Source: Octopus sinensis (lineage: Eukaryota). Taken from it: 64,000 bases of DNA. Below the pieces are notes generated by a model that saw nothing but the letters and a program-made list of their open reading frames with translations, was not told the origin of the DNA and did no database searches. The translations under genes and the position numbers were made by a program. Positions 41,290 to 54,501 of the stretch are shown one piece after another. Position 1 is the stretch's first letter; every line of letters begins with the position of its first letter. The stretch covers positions 96,658,001-96,722,000 of the forward strand of contig NC_043001.1 in assembly GCF_006345805.1 (NCBI RefSeq), written 5' to 3'.

Positions 41290-41512
41290 AAATAAAATAC
41301 AAATTGGGACAAGAACGGAAAACATCCGGACAACTAGGTGATGCAAAAAGGAACAACAAAACATCCAGATACACGATATAAAAAACAAGGACGGATCATT
41401 CGAAGCTTTTTATCTTCAGTCAAGAATCGGATCATCCTCGCAATTTCAGCTTAATTTCGTTTTCCTTGGGGCTGGCCAGATCGGTGCAATCTCAAGATTA
41501 ATCAGCCGAACT
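41290..41512 (-). mobile_element. Penelope-LTR-like repeat (here family Z)
   Basis: Homologous to 51250-52200 and 60950-61140. Confidence 0.7.
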
Positions 41513-41692
41513 GCACTCACAAGGTTTTATTCGGCCCGAGGCTATAGTAGAAGACAGACGTCAAACGTGCCACGCAATTGGACTGTGGTCTGAACCATGT
41601 GATTGGGAAGCAAGCTTCTTACTACAGAGACACTCCTGCACCTATATATATAGGTGCCGGGGTGTCCCTGTAGTAAGAAGCTTATGTATATA

Positions 41693-41735
<43 letters not shown>

Positions 41736-41874
41736 ATATATATATATGCATTTATGTATGTATATATATTATATGTGCATATATTTATATATACTATATA
41801 TATATTTATTTTATATGTATATATATTTATATATATATTATTTATTTTTATATATTTATATATATGTATGTATG

Positions 41875-41926
<52 letters not shown>

Positions 41927-41931
41927 ATATA

Positions 41932-41971
<40 letters not shown>

Positions 41972-42523
41972 TTATGTCAGGTCACTTTCGAGTGCTACTG
42001 GTAACATGTAACCCAGTGCAACTTGTTGCATGGTCGGGTCGTAGGCGACTAAACCGGCAACCCCACCAAGCTTGGTGAGGAGGGTGTTTATTGGACACCC
42101 TGCGGGATGAAAAACAAAACCCCTCAAAGGGTGGAGGAACTCTTGAGAGTGAACAGCCATCCAATAAATGTCTTAAGGCTGTATCATGCACGGGGACATC
42201 GAAATAATCGGACTGAATACCCGATCGCGCAGTTAAACCATTGGGAGTGAAGGACTCCTAGCCTTTGTTAGGGCATCCTTCTAGGAGAAGGTAACTCAGG
42301 TAAGTGGGATAATTCCGATATAAAACCTGCGGCTCAGTGGTTACCGATAACGTTGACTTGTTCTTCTTTTCGGATTATGGCTGCTGTTGCTTAGTGAGTG
42401 CGATTCACTCAGTGCACAGCCTTTCCTCACTTTAAAAAAAATCTTCTTGCACAGGCATTGCACGATAACAACGTTGATTAAGCTTCGTGCAATGGCCATA
42501 CTCGAAACGAGGAGCAGCCACCA
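41972..42523 (+). mobile_element. Probable RTE-clade LINE 5' region; last ~185 bp repeated at 43206-43390 and 43551-43736
   Basis: CTAGGAGAAGGTAACTC..ATATAAAACC and CCCCACCAAGCTTGGTGAGGAGGG resemble RTE 5'UTRs; the triplication is directly visible. Confidence 0.5.
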
Positions 42524-42803
42524 TATATATATTTATATATGTATATGTATATATATATATGTATTTGTATATATATATATATGTATATATTATATATATA
42601 TTCATTTATACCACACACACACACACACACACAACACACATATATATATATATATATATAATATATATATATATATATAGATATCATAATATATATATAT
42701 TATATAATATAATCTATAATATAGGACAAAACCACTATTTTGCAAAACAAACAAGGAAAGACTTAATCATACATAAAATTTTAATAAAAAGTCAAAAAAA
42801 CCG

Positions 42804-42846
42804 CCACTACAATTGTTTCTTGTCTTGATCGACAATCTTCAGGTGG
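42804..42846 (-). ncRNA. Minimal type-I hammerhead ribozyme motif, complete
   Basis: CCAC-CTGAAGA-TTGTC-GATCAA-GACAA-GAAAC-AATT-GTA-GTGG; stems I and II pair perfectly; palindromic ACAATTGT. Confidence 0.8.
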
Positions 42847-42893
42847 ACTTCCAATAAGTCAGTTTCAAATTATGAAACTGACTTATTGGAAGT

Positions 42894-42935
42894 CCACCTG
42901 AAGATTGTCGATCAAGACAAGAAACAATTGTATGG
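42894..42935 (+). ncRNA. Mirror-image hammerhead motif with a 1-nt deletion in stem I
   Basis: CCAC-CTGAAGA-TTGTC-GATCAA-GACAA-GAAAC-AATT-GTA-TGG. Confidence 0.7.
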
Positions 42936-43103
42936 CGGTTTTTTTGACTTTTTATTAAAATTTGTATGTATGATTAAGTCTTTCCTTGTTTGTTTTGCAA
43001 AATAGTGGTTTTGTCTCTAATAATATTATATAATATTTTACTATAAAATTGGATTAATCCTAAATGATTTTTCCCTGTAAATTTGGATTTATTCCCTAAT
43101 ATT

Positions 43104-43151
<48 letters not shown>

Positions 43152-43405
43152 TTATTTATATATATTTTATATCTATATTATATATACACTTATATATATA
43201 TTTATCGGTTACCGGTAACGTTGACTTGTTCTCTTTTCGGATTATGGCTGCTGTTGCTTAGTGAGTGTGATTCACTCAGTGCACAGCCTTTCCTCACTTT
43301 AAAAAAAATCTTCTTGCACAGGCAATGCATGATAACAACGTTGATTAAGCTTCGTGCAATGGCCATACTCGAAACGAGGGGCAGCCACCATATATATATT
43401 TATAT

Positions 43406-43436
<31 letters not shown>

Positions 43437-43441
43437 CATTT

Positions 43442-43493
<52 letters not shown>

Positions 43494-43751
43494 TTATTTA
43501 TATATATAATTTATATCTATATTTATATATACACTATATATATATTTATACGGTTACCGGTAACGTTGACTTGTTTGTTTTCGGATTATGGCTGCTGTTG
43601 CTTAGTGAGTGTGATTCACTCAGTGCACAGCCTTTCCTCACTTAAAAAAAATCTTCTTGCACAGGCAATGCATGATAACAACGTTGTTGATTAAGCTTCG
43701 TGCAATGGCCATACTCGAAACGAGGGGCAGCCACCATATATATATTTATAT

Positions 43752-43782
<31 letters not shown>

Positions 43783-43787
43783 CATTT

Positions 43788-43842
<55 letters not shown>

Positions 43843-43926
43843 TTATTTATATATATTTATATATTTATATTTATATATACACTTATATATATATATATTG
43901 ATACATGTATTTATATTTATACATAC

Positions 43927-43963
<37 letters not shown>

Positions 43964-44465
43964 TATAATATATATATATATATAATATATATATATATAT
44001 TATATATTATATATATATATATATACTGCGAGTTAACTTTTAATCGAACAGCAGTACGGTGGCGACGCACATTGATATATACATTCAATATAAGTTTTCC
44101 GAAAGAGGAAGATGGACGGTTAGAAAATTATTAATGAAAAGTACGGCACAATGAATCTATCAATGTTAGCCATTTAATGTGTTTCCCTGCTGCATTTTAT
44201 ACTGATTGTGATCAACATTAAAATAAAGACCGCTCTCCTTGGTTAGTTGTTTAGGCGATTTAATCTCATGTACACATAAAACCAGGTCTATAATATAATA
44301 TAACTATTTTTTTTATTTTTAGTTTCTTTTGTCTCTAAATCTTCAGCCTGTTGATATCAGTCATTTGAAAATGGTTTCCATTATACAGTATATTTCTTCA
44401 TTGATAGTTACATACGTACACAGTCTCACGCACACACACACTCTTACACACTCACACACGTGTGA

Positions 44466-44503
<38 letters not shown>

Positions 44504-44614
44504 TCCCACATAAACACATAACCGTGTGTGTGAATAAGATGAGAGTATGTATTATATATATATTATAATATATATATTACATATACTATTACCTATATAT
44601 ATATTACTTACACA

Positions 44615-44673
<59 letters not shown>

Positions 44674-46751
44674 TAATATATATAGGTTATATGTATATAA
44701 ATTATTTACACACATATATATTACTTACACACACAAGCGCACATATACATATGTATATATGATTATTTACTTTCCCATACACACATACAAGCATGTATAA
44801 ATAAATCTGTATATATCTCATGCTTTTGTATGGAAATCTGTATAGATAGTCCATTCATTTTTTTAAGGAAAAACTTTTCTGAGATTCAAGCAAACATTCG
44901 GAATAAAAATATATTTACACACAGCAGGAAACTTATTTAAGAAGATTGGCCAAGATCGCTAAAGGGATATTAGCAGATAATATTGTGTACAAGAGGAAAT
45001 AATGAAAAACAAATCTAGATTGGAAAAGAAGGGTTGTAAGTGCGAGAAATATGAAGGAATACAAAAGAATTGCATTTTCTTGAAAGTAACTGGATTAGAA
45101 ATACCTGGAAGATGGAATTAGCGAATGGATATTTCTTCTTTGAAGGGAAGCAAAAAAATGCACGCTGGAAGCTTTCTGTAGGAAGAAAGGCTATGTCTAG
45201 AATATAGTCATGATTCTTGGATAAAATTCTATGAGAAGTTTATATAATAACTGAAGTTAAAAAACTGATGTATAAGCAAAAAAGAAAATCGTTGAACAGC
45301 AAAGCTAGAAAGTCGAATATTTTAATACTTTAAGCTAGAAAAGTTTCAGGTGGTTAACGCGCTACATACATATATCAATAAAAACTATTTGTACAAATAT
45401 GGAAATGCGGGATCGAATGGAAGCTACCATTATAGAGAGTAAGAATAAATGGCCTGGAAGTGTTGCTAGACGTGTGCAGGTTACGAAGTGAAGATATATC
45501 ATTACTTTATTATGAAGAAATATAATTATAGAGAAACATGTTTACTTTACAATTAAATTTGGAAATAATGTATTAGTTGAAGCATTTTAGATTATGTGGT
45601 TTTAGATATTCTTATAATAATGTATTCATGCTTTTTGCTGCTTCAGTGAAACTAAGGGAATCTTGAGGGAATATTAAATCCTATTAAAGAAAGAAATGTT
45701 CTCAAGGAAGAGAACATCACATGATGGAATATTTCCAAATAGTATTCCCTAAATGATTCCAGCTACATGGAGAAATATGCCATTAAAGATCGCTAGTGAA
45801 AGGATTAGTCGGGGTGCGATGTGGTCGGTCTCTTCTTGGCGCCTTTAACATGGTCGACTCTAGAGAAAAACATAGAAAGAAAGAGGGGAAAAACAGTGCC
45901 ATTACATGATATATTGACTACGTCATATCCAGGAAAACCTTTGGGAACATTTAGAAAATCCGCAGATATCCTGTAATCAGAAGAAAGAAAGACACAAATG
46001 CAAAGTAATGATCTCAGCTGTCATCATTAGATGTTTAGGTGGATGCTTTACAGCTGGTTATTAAGAAACGAAAATGTTGCAAGAAGAAAGGAAATAAACA
46101 CTAGGAAAGGAAATAAAGCAACAGAAACAGTTTGTAAATCATGAGAGAATGTGAACTACAAATGAAACGAATAAAGATTATCAATATTAATAGTGGTGTC
46201 CAAAACTAATGACGTTAATCATAATAACATCTAACACAGACACATTGCTAGAAATTAGTGGAGGAGGTTAGCTGGTTGATTTCAGTCCACTCTTTGACGG
46301 CACATTATTTTATCGACTCCGAAATAATGAAGAGGATAGTTAATCTGTGTGATATTTGAACTCATAACGTAAAATCTGTAATTAACTGCTTCAAGTCATT
46401 TTATTCGGCGCTTTAACGATTCTGTCTAAGAAAAATCGAGAAAATATACAACAGCCAAGCTTGGGGATTGAAACACAACTACGAAATTTTCATCCAACGG
46501 AAAAATATAGCGGATTCTGATGAACAGCGGATCCACAGATGATATCAAGTATTACGGTTGAAAGAGGAGACTGACTACCTGATAAATGCAGTCCAGCATT
46601 ACTGAATCCCGGGTATACAACGCCACTACAATATGTAAAGTATCATGCTAAGCCAGAATGTCACATACGCAGTTGGGTTGATGAGGACGTTGGTCACATG
46701 TCGCCTCGATGCCCTCTTGATGTAATATATTACATGATATAACGGGATTGT

Positions 46752-47010
46752 AGTAGAGGCATGTGGCTTAGTGGTTAGGGTGTCTGCATCATGATCGTAA
46801 GATTGAGGTTTCGATTCCTGGACCGGGCGATGCATTGTGTTCTTGAGCAAAGCACTTCATCTCACGTTGCTCCAGTCCACTCAGCTGGCAAAAATGAGTA
46901 ACGCTGCGATGGACTGGGGTCCCGTCCAACTGGGGAACACATACGCCATTGAAACCGGGAAACCGGGCCCATGAGCCTGGCTAGGATTTAAAAGGGCGCA
47001 TTTATTTATG
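46752..47010 (+). mobile_element. tRNA-derived SINE (CORE-like body, tail Y)
   Basis: A box TGGCTTAGTGG, B box GGTTTCGATTCC; perfect 14-bp TSD tataacgggattgt at 46738-46751 and 47011-47024. Confidence 0.9.
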
Positions 47011-47390
47011 TATAACGGGATTGTTACCTACCTAAAGGAACGGATACACAAAGAGCTGAATATCCCAGTTAAAAGAAAATTGTTTTGAAATGTTTCCAAG
47101 GAAGAAACTAATACCATTATAATTAGTAGAAGCAGAAGCCAAAAATCACAAAACAAAACAAAACCAACAACTAAACACGCAAGCAGCAAATATAATTAAC
47201 AGGTGCAAGAAGAAAAATTCTCTGTATTTTGATAGAGATCTCAGTCCACTTTGAACAAAATCTCCTGATAGGATCATGAAACTAAATAGGTCACATTTTA
47301 AGTATGAACGTAAGTTCAGGTCTAAAAGTGGTGTACTAATCATGATGGAGAACACAAACAAAAGAATGAAGAAATAAAATAAACAATACA

Positions 47391-47805
47391 TATTTCTTTA
47401 CTACCCACAAGGGGCTAAACACAGAGGGGGAAAACAAGGACAGACAAACGGATTAAGTCGATTACATCGACCCCAGTGCGTAACTGGTACTTAATTTATT
47501 GACCCCGAAAGGATGAAAGGCAAAGTCAATCTCGGCGGAGTTTGAACTCACAACATAACGGCAGACGAAATACCTATTTCTTTACTACCCACAAGGGGCT
47601 AAACACACAGGGGACAAACAGGGACAGACAAACGGATTAAGTCGATTACATCGACCCCAGTGCGTAACTGGTGCTGAATTTATCGACCCCGAAAGGATGA
47701 AAGGCAAAGTCAACCCCGGCAGAATTTGAACTCAGAACGTAACGGCAGACGAAATACTGCTAAGCATTTCGCGCGGCGAGCTAACGTTTCTGCCAGTTCA
47801 CCGCC
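47391..47805 (-). mobile_element. Family K SINE dimer
   Basis: A full unit (GGCGGTGAACTGGCAGAAACG..GAGTTCAAATTC) plus a head-truncated second unit; junction at ~47574. Confidence 0.9.
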
Positions 47806-48610
47806 TTAAAATAAAAAAAATACAAGTACTTACAAATTCATAGAATCATAAAACTAACTCTTCATGGTATCAACCATATTGTAATTTCAGTTGCAGAAGC
47901 CACCACACACACAACTTACACAACATTTAATCTTGCATAATCGATCCTTGGTGCTAAAATGCATAAGGTAACACTACGATTAGGTAACACAAATCACATT
48001 TTAAAAATTGCCAAAAATAACATAAAATCAGATTAGGAGTTCGAACTCATAATAATTCGTATACTAAGAGATAAGTAATGTTGTTGTCTTCTTTTTACAC
48101 ACATATACACACACCATCCTACCAAATATAAAACACACACAGACATATTTACATACGCCACAATAAACTCTGGGACCAATCAAGAACGGCCTCCCACACT
48201 GTCCCTTAAAATAGTAAACAGCCTTTAGCTTCACACAAAATGCAAAATGCTAAAACAGGTCAGTTCATCTCAAATTCTTTGTAAACTCCTAAATATATCT
48301 CCTACTGTGTATGTATGTATATATATATATATATACTACCAAATATGACTGTTTTTGAACTAATACTTTTCTGTGTATCTATATAGATACTTCCAAACAA
48401 ACATGATTTTTAATAAAATCCTAATATTTTTACTGAAGTTTTTAATATTTTCTCAAGATATTTCCTTGTAAACTGTTTTTAACAGTTTATTATTATCAAA
48501 GTATGTATATATGCATTATAATATCTTGTGACAACCAATACTTAAAACAACAAAGCTTATACAAAGCTTTACATTTTACTTTTGAAAATATTTTTCTAAA
48601 TATATGAAAC

Positions 48611-48655
<45 letters not shown>

Positions 48656-49089
48656 CGTGTGTGCGTGCGTGTGTGTGTGTGCGTGCGTGTGTGTGTGTGT
48701 GTGTGTGTATGTATATAGGGACATGGATCTTGTCGTAGAGCCAGCTGGAGACGATGTCTCCTGGGGCTAAATTACAGCAACATTAGTCCTAAACCAGGAC
48801 TGCCGTGTTATGTTGGCAAACAATCTTTACCTCAATGTCCTGTTGCTGAATATTTCACGTTGTGAAATTTAAAAATAGCAATTTCCTTATATATATATAT
48901 ATATATATATATATTATGTGAAATAGAAAGATGAATAATCTTGTAGTAGATTAATCAAAAGTTTAACCGATACCTTAGTAGCAAAAATCACAGCAGTGAA
49001 CAGCACGGTTGGAGGTACAACACGTGTAGAATGAAATAAAACGATTTCTGTTCAATCTGCGTTCAGCTCCATTTCTTCAATTCACCAAT

Positions 49090-49131
<42 letters not shown>

Positions 49132-49229
49132 GCGCACGTGCATGTGTGTATATAAAGCTATGGTATAAGCTTTCATACGTATAGCACAAGTGAAAAAGTT
49201 GGAGAAAACTGAGAGGAAATGTTAAGAGC

Positions 49230-49700
49230 CACTGAAGAAAAGTAAACTCTCTTGGTGAAAATATAAGATGTATGAAGATTTATAACGGAAGTTTCCTGGG
49301 TGTTAGTTTGTCCTCTTCATTTTAGCATTAGGCGTCATATCATTTAAATCATTACTAAGGAAGAGGCGCATGAAACCAATAATATATTTATATGCGAACT
49401 GCAGCTGTTTACAAAGAAGAAAAATCGAAGAGACTGCTTGGAGCAAACTACTGTCTCCTAAAGACATTGCGATGTAATTTAGGATTAAAATACGTTGAAT
49501 ATTGATAATAAAGAGAAAGAAAATCGGGAAAACGAATAGGATTCAATTACTAACAAAAGAAATCATAACATTTGTCACTAAGGTCTATAAATTATGAGAT
49601 ATAATGGAGTTAGTCAAGAAAAAGGAAATGAGAATAAAGGAAATGTTGGAAAGAAATAATTTAAGAGATCGTCTCAATGCTAGTTTTGAGTCTGTTATGA
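49230..49700 (+). mobile_element. Highly degraded R4/Dong-like RT remnant
   Basis: Frameshifted GSFLGVSLS.. and YIYM../LQLF resemble the GIFQGDSLSP and LYMDDLKLF motifs. Confidence 0.3.
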
Positions 49701-50024
49701 GAAGGTTAAATTTATGCTAAATGGGAAAAAAATAAAACTTTGCCAATGCTACAAAGACAATATATCTAGCGAACAATTGTGAAAAGAATAATATATTTAC
49801 TTGAATTGGTAAAAAAAAAAAAAACCCCCAAAAAATGAAAACAGCATTGAGTGAAGTATCGCACCCCAGAAGCGATGCGGATAAGCTTTGCTCATTCCGT
49901 GCAAAAAGAAGATTGAATAGGGTTTAAAATATATACACAGAGGCAAAGAAATAACGAAGTATGTTTCGCAAGAAATAATATGGAAATCGTTGTTGCAACA
50001 GGTAAAACGTATTAGAATATCCTT

Positions 50025-50388
50025 TTTTACTCTTGGCACAAGGCCCGAAATTTATGGGAAGGAGGCCAGTCGATTAGATAGACCTCAGTATGGAGCTGGT
50101 ACTTAATTTATCGCTCGGCGGAATTTGAACTCAGAACGTAACTGCAGACGAAATACCTATTTCTTTACTACCCACAAGGGGCTAAACACAGAGGGGACAA
50201 ACAAGGACAGACAAACGGATTAAGTCGATTACATCGACCCCAGTGTGTAACTGGCACTCAATTTATCGACTCCGAAAAGATGAAAGGCAAAGTCGACCTT
50301 GGCGGAATTTGAACTCAGAACGTACCGGCAGAAGGAATACTGCTAAGCATTTCGCCCGACGTGCTAGCGTTTCTGCCAGCTCACCGCC
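50025..50388 (-). mobile_element. Family K SINE dimer; second unit has a deletion and a different tail
   Basis: Same junction gaaatac|ctatttctttac at ~50157. Confidence 0.85.
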
Positions 50389-50459
50389 TTATACGTATTC
50401 GGATATTAAGGACTAATGAGTGTATACACACACACACACACGCATGCAGAAACTCACAT

Positions 50460-50501
<42 letters not shown>

Positions 50502-50674
50502 CACACACACACGCACGCACACAGTGTCAGAATGAGATGCGTGAAAAAAGTGCACCCCCGACGCACAAGTACATATACTTGTCACTACTGATGAGCTAAG
50601 CGAAACCAGCTATCTCCTATACTGAATAATATAGGTGATTGCAGGCCGGAAAACGGCATTAAATAGCAGATATA

Positions 50675-51146
50675 CTAAGTATGTCTACCTGCTGGAAATA
50701 ACAGCCAAAACACTTATTTAAATAGCCGAAATACTCTGATAATAGCTCCAGAAATCAACCGTCCGAAGGCAAACGGGCTAAGGATATCTCGGCATACATT
50801 CAAGTATTTGGACTCACATGGACCGGTTTCTGGACTGGCATAATAGCCTCACCTTCCTCAGCATGGGTTACCACGATGCTAGGATTCGACGCCAAACGAA
50901 TCAGTTGCAGCGCAGAATTTAACCTGACGAGTTGGTGCTCTCCATAATGGTAAGGCGTGCTGAGGAGGGTGAGGATATCATGGCAGTCCAGAAACCGGTC
51001 CACGTGAGTCCAAATCCTTGGATGCATGCTGAAGGATTGTCTTTGCTCGCTTGCCTTGTGATAATTGTCTTGTAGCAATTATCAGTGTATTTTGGCGATT
51101 TAAATAAGAGTTTTGACTGTTATTTCCAGCAGGTAGACATACTTAG
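50675..51146. mobile_element. Foldback/MITE with ~195-bp imperfect TIRs and TA flanks
   Basis: CTAAGTATGTCTACCTGCTGGAAATAACAG.. is inverted at the right end; spacer ~75 bp. Confidence 0.75.
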
Positions 51147-51249
51147 TATTTCCTTTGATTAATTTTAATCCTTCAGCTATATATATATAGCTAAAGGATT
51201 TTCTAGCATAATGGATGTCCACTTAATGGTCATCCCTTTTATATGTATA

Positions 51250-52200
51250 TCGTCCGTTTTCCGTCCCTGTGTTGTATACATTCGAGGCTTTCTTCCAAGG
51301 AATGTAATGCGCTTGGCTTAGATTTCCCTTGGGGGCTGCCCAGATCGGAGCAATCTCAATATTAATCAGCCGAAATTGCGAAGATGATCCTGTTCTTGAC
51401 TGATGATTGAGGGCTTCGAATGTCTTGTCCGTGTTTTTGTGTCGTCTTCTAAATGTTTCACGTTCTTGTCCCAGTTTGTATATATTTTTTTACTTTTACA
51501 TATATATATATATGGCGGCTACGTACCCACTTTTTGACCCTATATGTAAGTATATTGCTCTCTAACATTGGTACGACTCTACTACACTGTCTCTTTTCCC
51601 CCCTCTCCTACATTTCTCTGCCTTCACCCTTTGCACTCCCCTTGATCTGTCTCTTTCCCTCTCTTTCTTCTCCTCCCTTGTTCCCCTTCTTTCTCTCTTC
51701 ATCTGTCCCTTTCTCCTCTCGCTACTGCCTTTTCGCATCCAGCAGTCATTGTGGCAACACGTATTTGTTTGTTCTCCGTGGTCTTAAGGCACTCTTCCAT
51801 AGCCAGCCCTAAACTTAACTCGTCCTGTCGAAAATACGCTTGTCCTGACGTCCTGGTTTTGTTATTATTGTTTTTACGTATTTTGTATTCTTATTCGTGC
51901 TATCATTATTGTTTTTACTTTTTTTTGTATTGTTATTCGTGTAACATCGTCCGTTTTCCGTCCCTGTGTTGTATACATTCGAGGCTTTCTTCCAAGGAAT
52001 CTAATGCGCTTGGCTTAGATTTCCCTTGGGGGCTGCCCAGATCGGAGCAATCTCAAGATTAATCAGCCAAAATTGCGAAGATGATCCGGTCCTTGACTGA
52101 TGATTGAGGGCTTCGAATGTCCCGTCCGTGTTTTAGTGTCGTCTTCTAAATGTTTCACGTTCTTGTCCCAGTTTGTATATATTTTTTTACTTTTACATAT
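51250..52200 (+). mobile_element. Family Z partial tandem (two ~250-bp direct repeats plus upstream 3' region)
   Basis: Repeats at ~51250-51505 and ~51945-52200; 51780-52200 aligns with the reverse complement of 60950-61300. Confidence 0.75.
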
Positions 52201-52654
52201 ATATATATATATAATATATATATATATATATTATATATATATATATATATATAGTGACGTATATTTGCCATTTGAATATGGCTAACCCCTAAGGGTGGAT
52301 GCTACTGTAGTTTGTAGCTCCAGGAGGGCACCTCCTCCAGCTGGCTATAGATACACTTTCATTGCCCTATCAGTATTTGCGAAGGGAAGCCATCCTTCCC
52401 TTCTTCAACTCATGATACACATGGACTCGAGTTTCAGGGTATTGACCCGTCATGCTACCGTAGCATCCACCCTTATGGGTTATCCATATTCAAATGGCAA
52501 ATATACGTCACGATATGTTGCTGCTACAGTTTATAACTCGCTCTGATATTTATCATTGTTTGATTTCACTTTTTCAATATCAGTGTCAAACGATACTGGA
52601 AAAAGTATATGTATTTGTGAAGGAAACCGACTTCTCATCGACAACTATGATTGT

Positions 52655-52699
52655 CACACGCCGATGACGGGTCAATACCCTGAAACTCGAATCCGTGTG
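52655..52699 (+). ncRNA. Minimal type-I hammerhead motif (two core substitutions)
   Basis: CACACG-CCGATGA-CGGGT-CAAT-ACCCT-GAAAC-TCGA-ATC-CGTGTG; the inverted copy at 52418-52453 keeps GAAAC-TCGA-GTC. Confidence 0.65.
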
Positions 52700-53062
52700 T
52701 ATCATGAGTTGAAGACGGGAAGGATGGCTTCCCTTCGCAAATACTGATAGGGCACAGAAAGTGTGTCTATAGCCAGCTGGAGGAGGTGTCCTCCTGGGGC
52801 TACAAACTACAGTAGCATCCACCCTTAGGGGTTAGCCATATTCAAATGGCAAATATACGACACGATGTGTTGCTGCTACTGTTTATAACTCGCTCTGAGA
52901 TTTATCATTGTTATATATATATACCTTTACATATATATACATGTATGTATATATGTATATATAATAACATCAAAGGGTAATTAGAAATATTTGAAATTTC
53001 CATTACCAGTGTCCTAGCGTGTAAAGATTTAGTCAATAGACTATATATTATTCATATAAATA

Positions 53063-53307
53063 TAGTGTACATTTAAACACATAAGAGGCATCCATCATAA
53101 GATTCCTTGCACGGTAGACAGGCCAGCTAAATTCCAAACCACTATTAGGGATAAAATTTCGAAGGAATTAAAAATTAATGGTTAATATGTTTTTACTTTT
53201 CATTCCCTTTGGAAATTTTATCCCTAATAGTGGTTTGGAATTTAACTGTCCTCTCTAGCGTGCAAGGAATCCTATGATGGACGTCTCATGTGTTTAAATG
53301 TACACTG
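53063..53307. mobile_element. Tc1/mariner-type MITE
   Basis: About 97-bp imperfect TIRs beginning (C/T)AGTGTACATTTAAACACAT; TA on both sides. Confidence 0.8.
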
Positions 53308-53794
53308 TATTTGTGTGTGTATATATATATATATGCACATACACACAAACTCACATATGTGTGTATGTGTGTCTACGTATGATCGCGTTCGTGATTTAAA
53401 ACTTTCAACCAGCCAGACCAAAGTCGCCTTTTCCCCCTAGAGACCTGCTCTCAGCACCACTCAACGCTGACTGTCTTCTTTGATAATATTGCCAAATACG
53501 CATGGGTATGCGTGTGTGCTTACAAATATATGTGGGACTGTGGTCATTCTACTGGTCGAAACCCACGAGAATACTAAGTGGAGAAGTAATCTTCTAAGAC
53601 CATAAATACGTACAGACATTTGTGTATATCTATGTATGTTTGTATTTAGTGGCTTGTATATATATAAATATTAATATGTGTGTAGTGTGTGTGTGTCTGT
53701 GTGTGCTTTTGCGATACAGACATATACACACACATATATACATCGGTATGCATTACACACACACACACATCCCCCACAGTATATATATATATAT

Positions 53795-54235
53795 TTCTTT
53801 ACTACCCACAAGGGGCTAAACACAGAGGAGACAAACAAGGACAGACAAAGAGATTAAGTCGATTACATCGACTCCAGTGCGTAACTGGTACTTAATTTAT
53901 CGACCCCTGAAGGATGAAATGCAAAGTCGACCTCGGCGGAATTTGAACTCAGAACGTGCAAATGAAGTGCTGCTAAGCATTTTCCCCGGCGTGCTAACGA
54001 TTCTTGTTTCATTATTGCCCACAAGGGGCTAAACATAGAGGGGACAAACAAGAACAGACAAACGGATTAAGTCGATTACATCGACCCCAGTGTGTAACTG
54101 GTACTTAATTTATCGACCTCGAAAGAATGAAAGCCAAAGTCGACCTCGGCGGAATTTGAACTCAGAACATAAGGACAGACGAAATACTGCTAAGCATTTC
54201 GCCCGGCGTGCTAACGTTTCTGCCACCTCAACGCT
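53795..54235 (-). mobile_element. Two tandem family K SINEs
   Basis: Both units retain most of the head; the junction differs from the other dimers. Confidence 0.85.
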
Positions 54236-54239
54236 TTCG

Positions 54240-54248
54240 ATGACGTTA

Positions 54249-54284
<36 letters not shown>

Positions 54285-54441
54285 TGATGATGATGATGAT
54301 GTTGATGATGATGATGATGATGATGTTGATGATGATGATGAAGAGTGTTATACTACCGAGGCATAGGAGGAGGAGCTCAAGGAAGAGGAAGAGGAAATTA
54401 TGAATGTCTGTGTTGTGTGCAGAGACACTATGATATATGTA

Positions 54442-54501
<60 letters not shown>

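Noticed and set aside
41972-42120. Possible HDV-like ribozyme at the RTE-like 5' end
   Set aside because: Hairpins and a GGCGACTAA string are present, but I could not build the nested P1/P1.1/P3 pseudoknot.
44900-45600. Purine-rich stretch resembling an ancient LINE 3' region (similar at 3800-4150 and 56400-57050)
   Set aside because: Only vague motif echoes with many stops; not supportable by eye.
50588-50606. CTGATGA-GC-TAA-GC-GAAAC core
   Set aside because: No NUH site or stem I/III partner nearby; at most a remnant.
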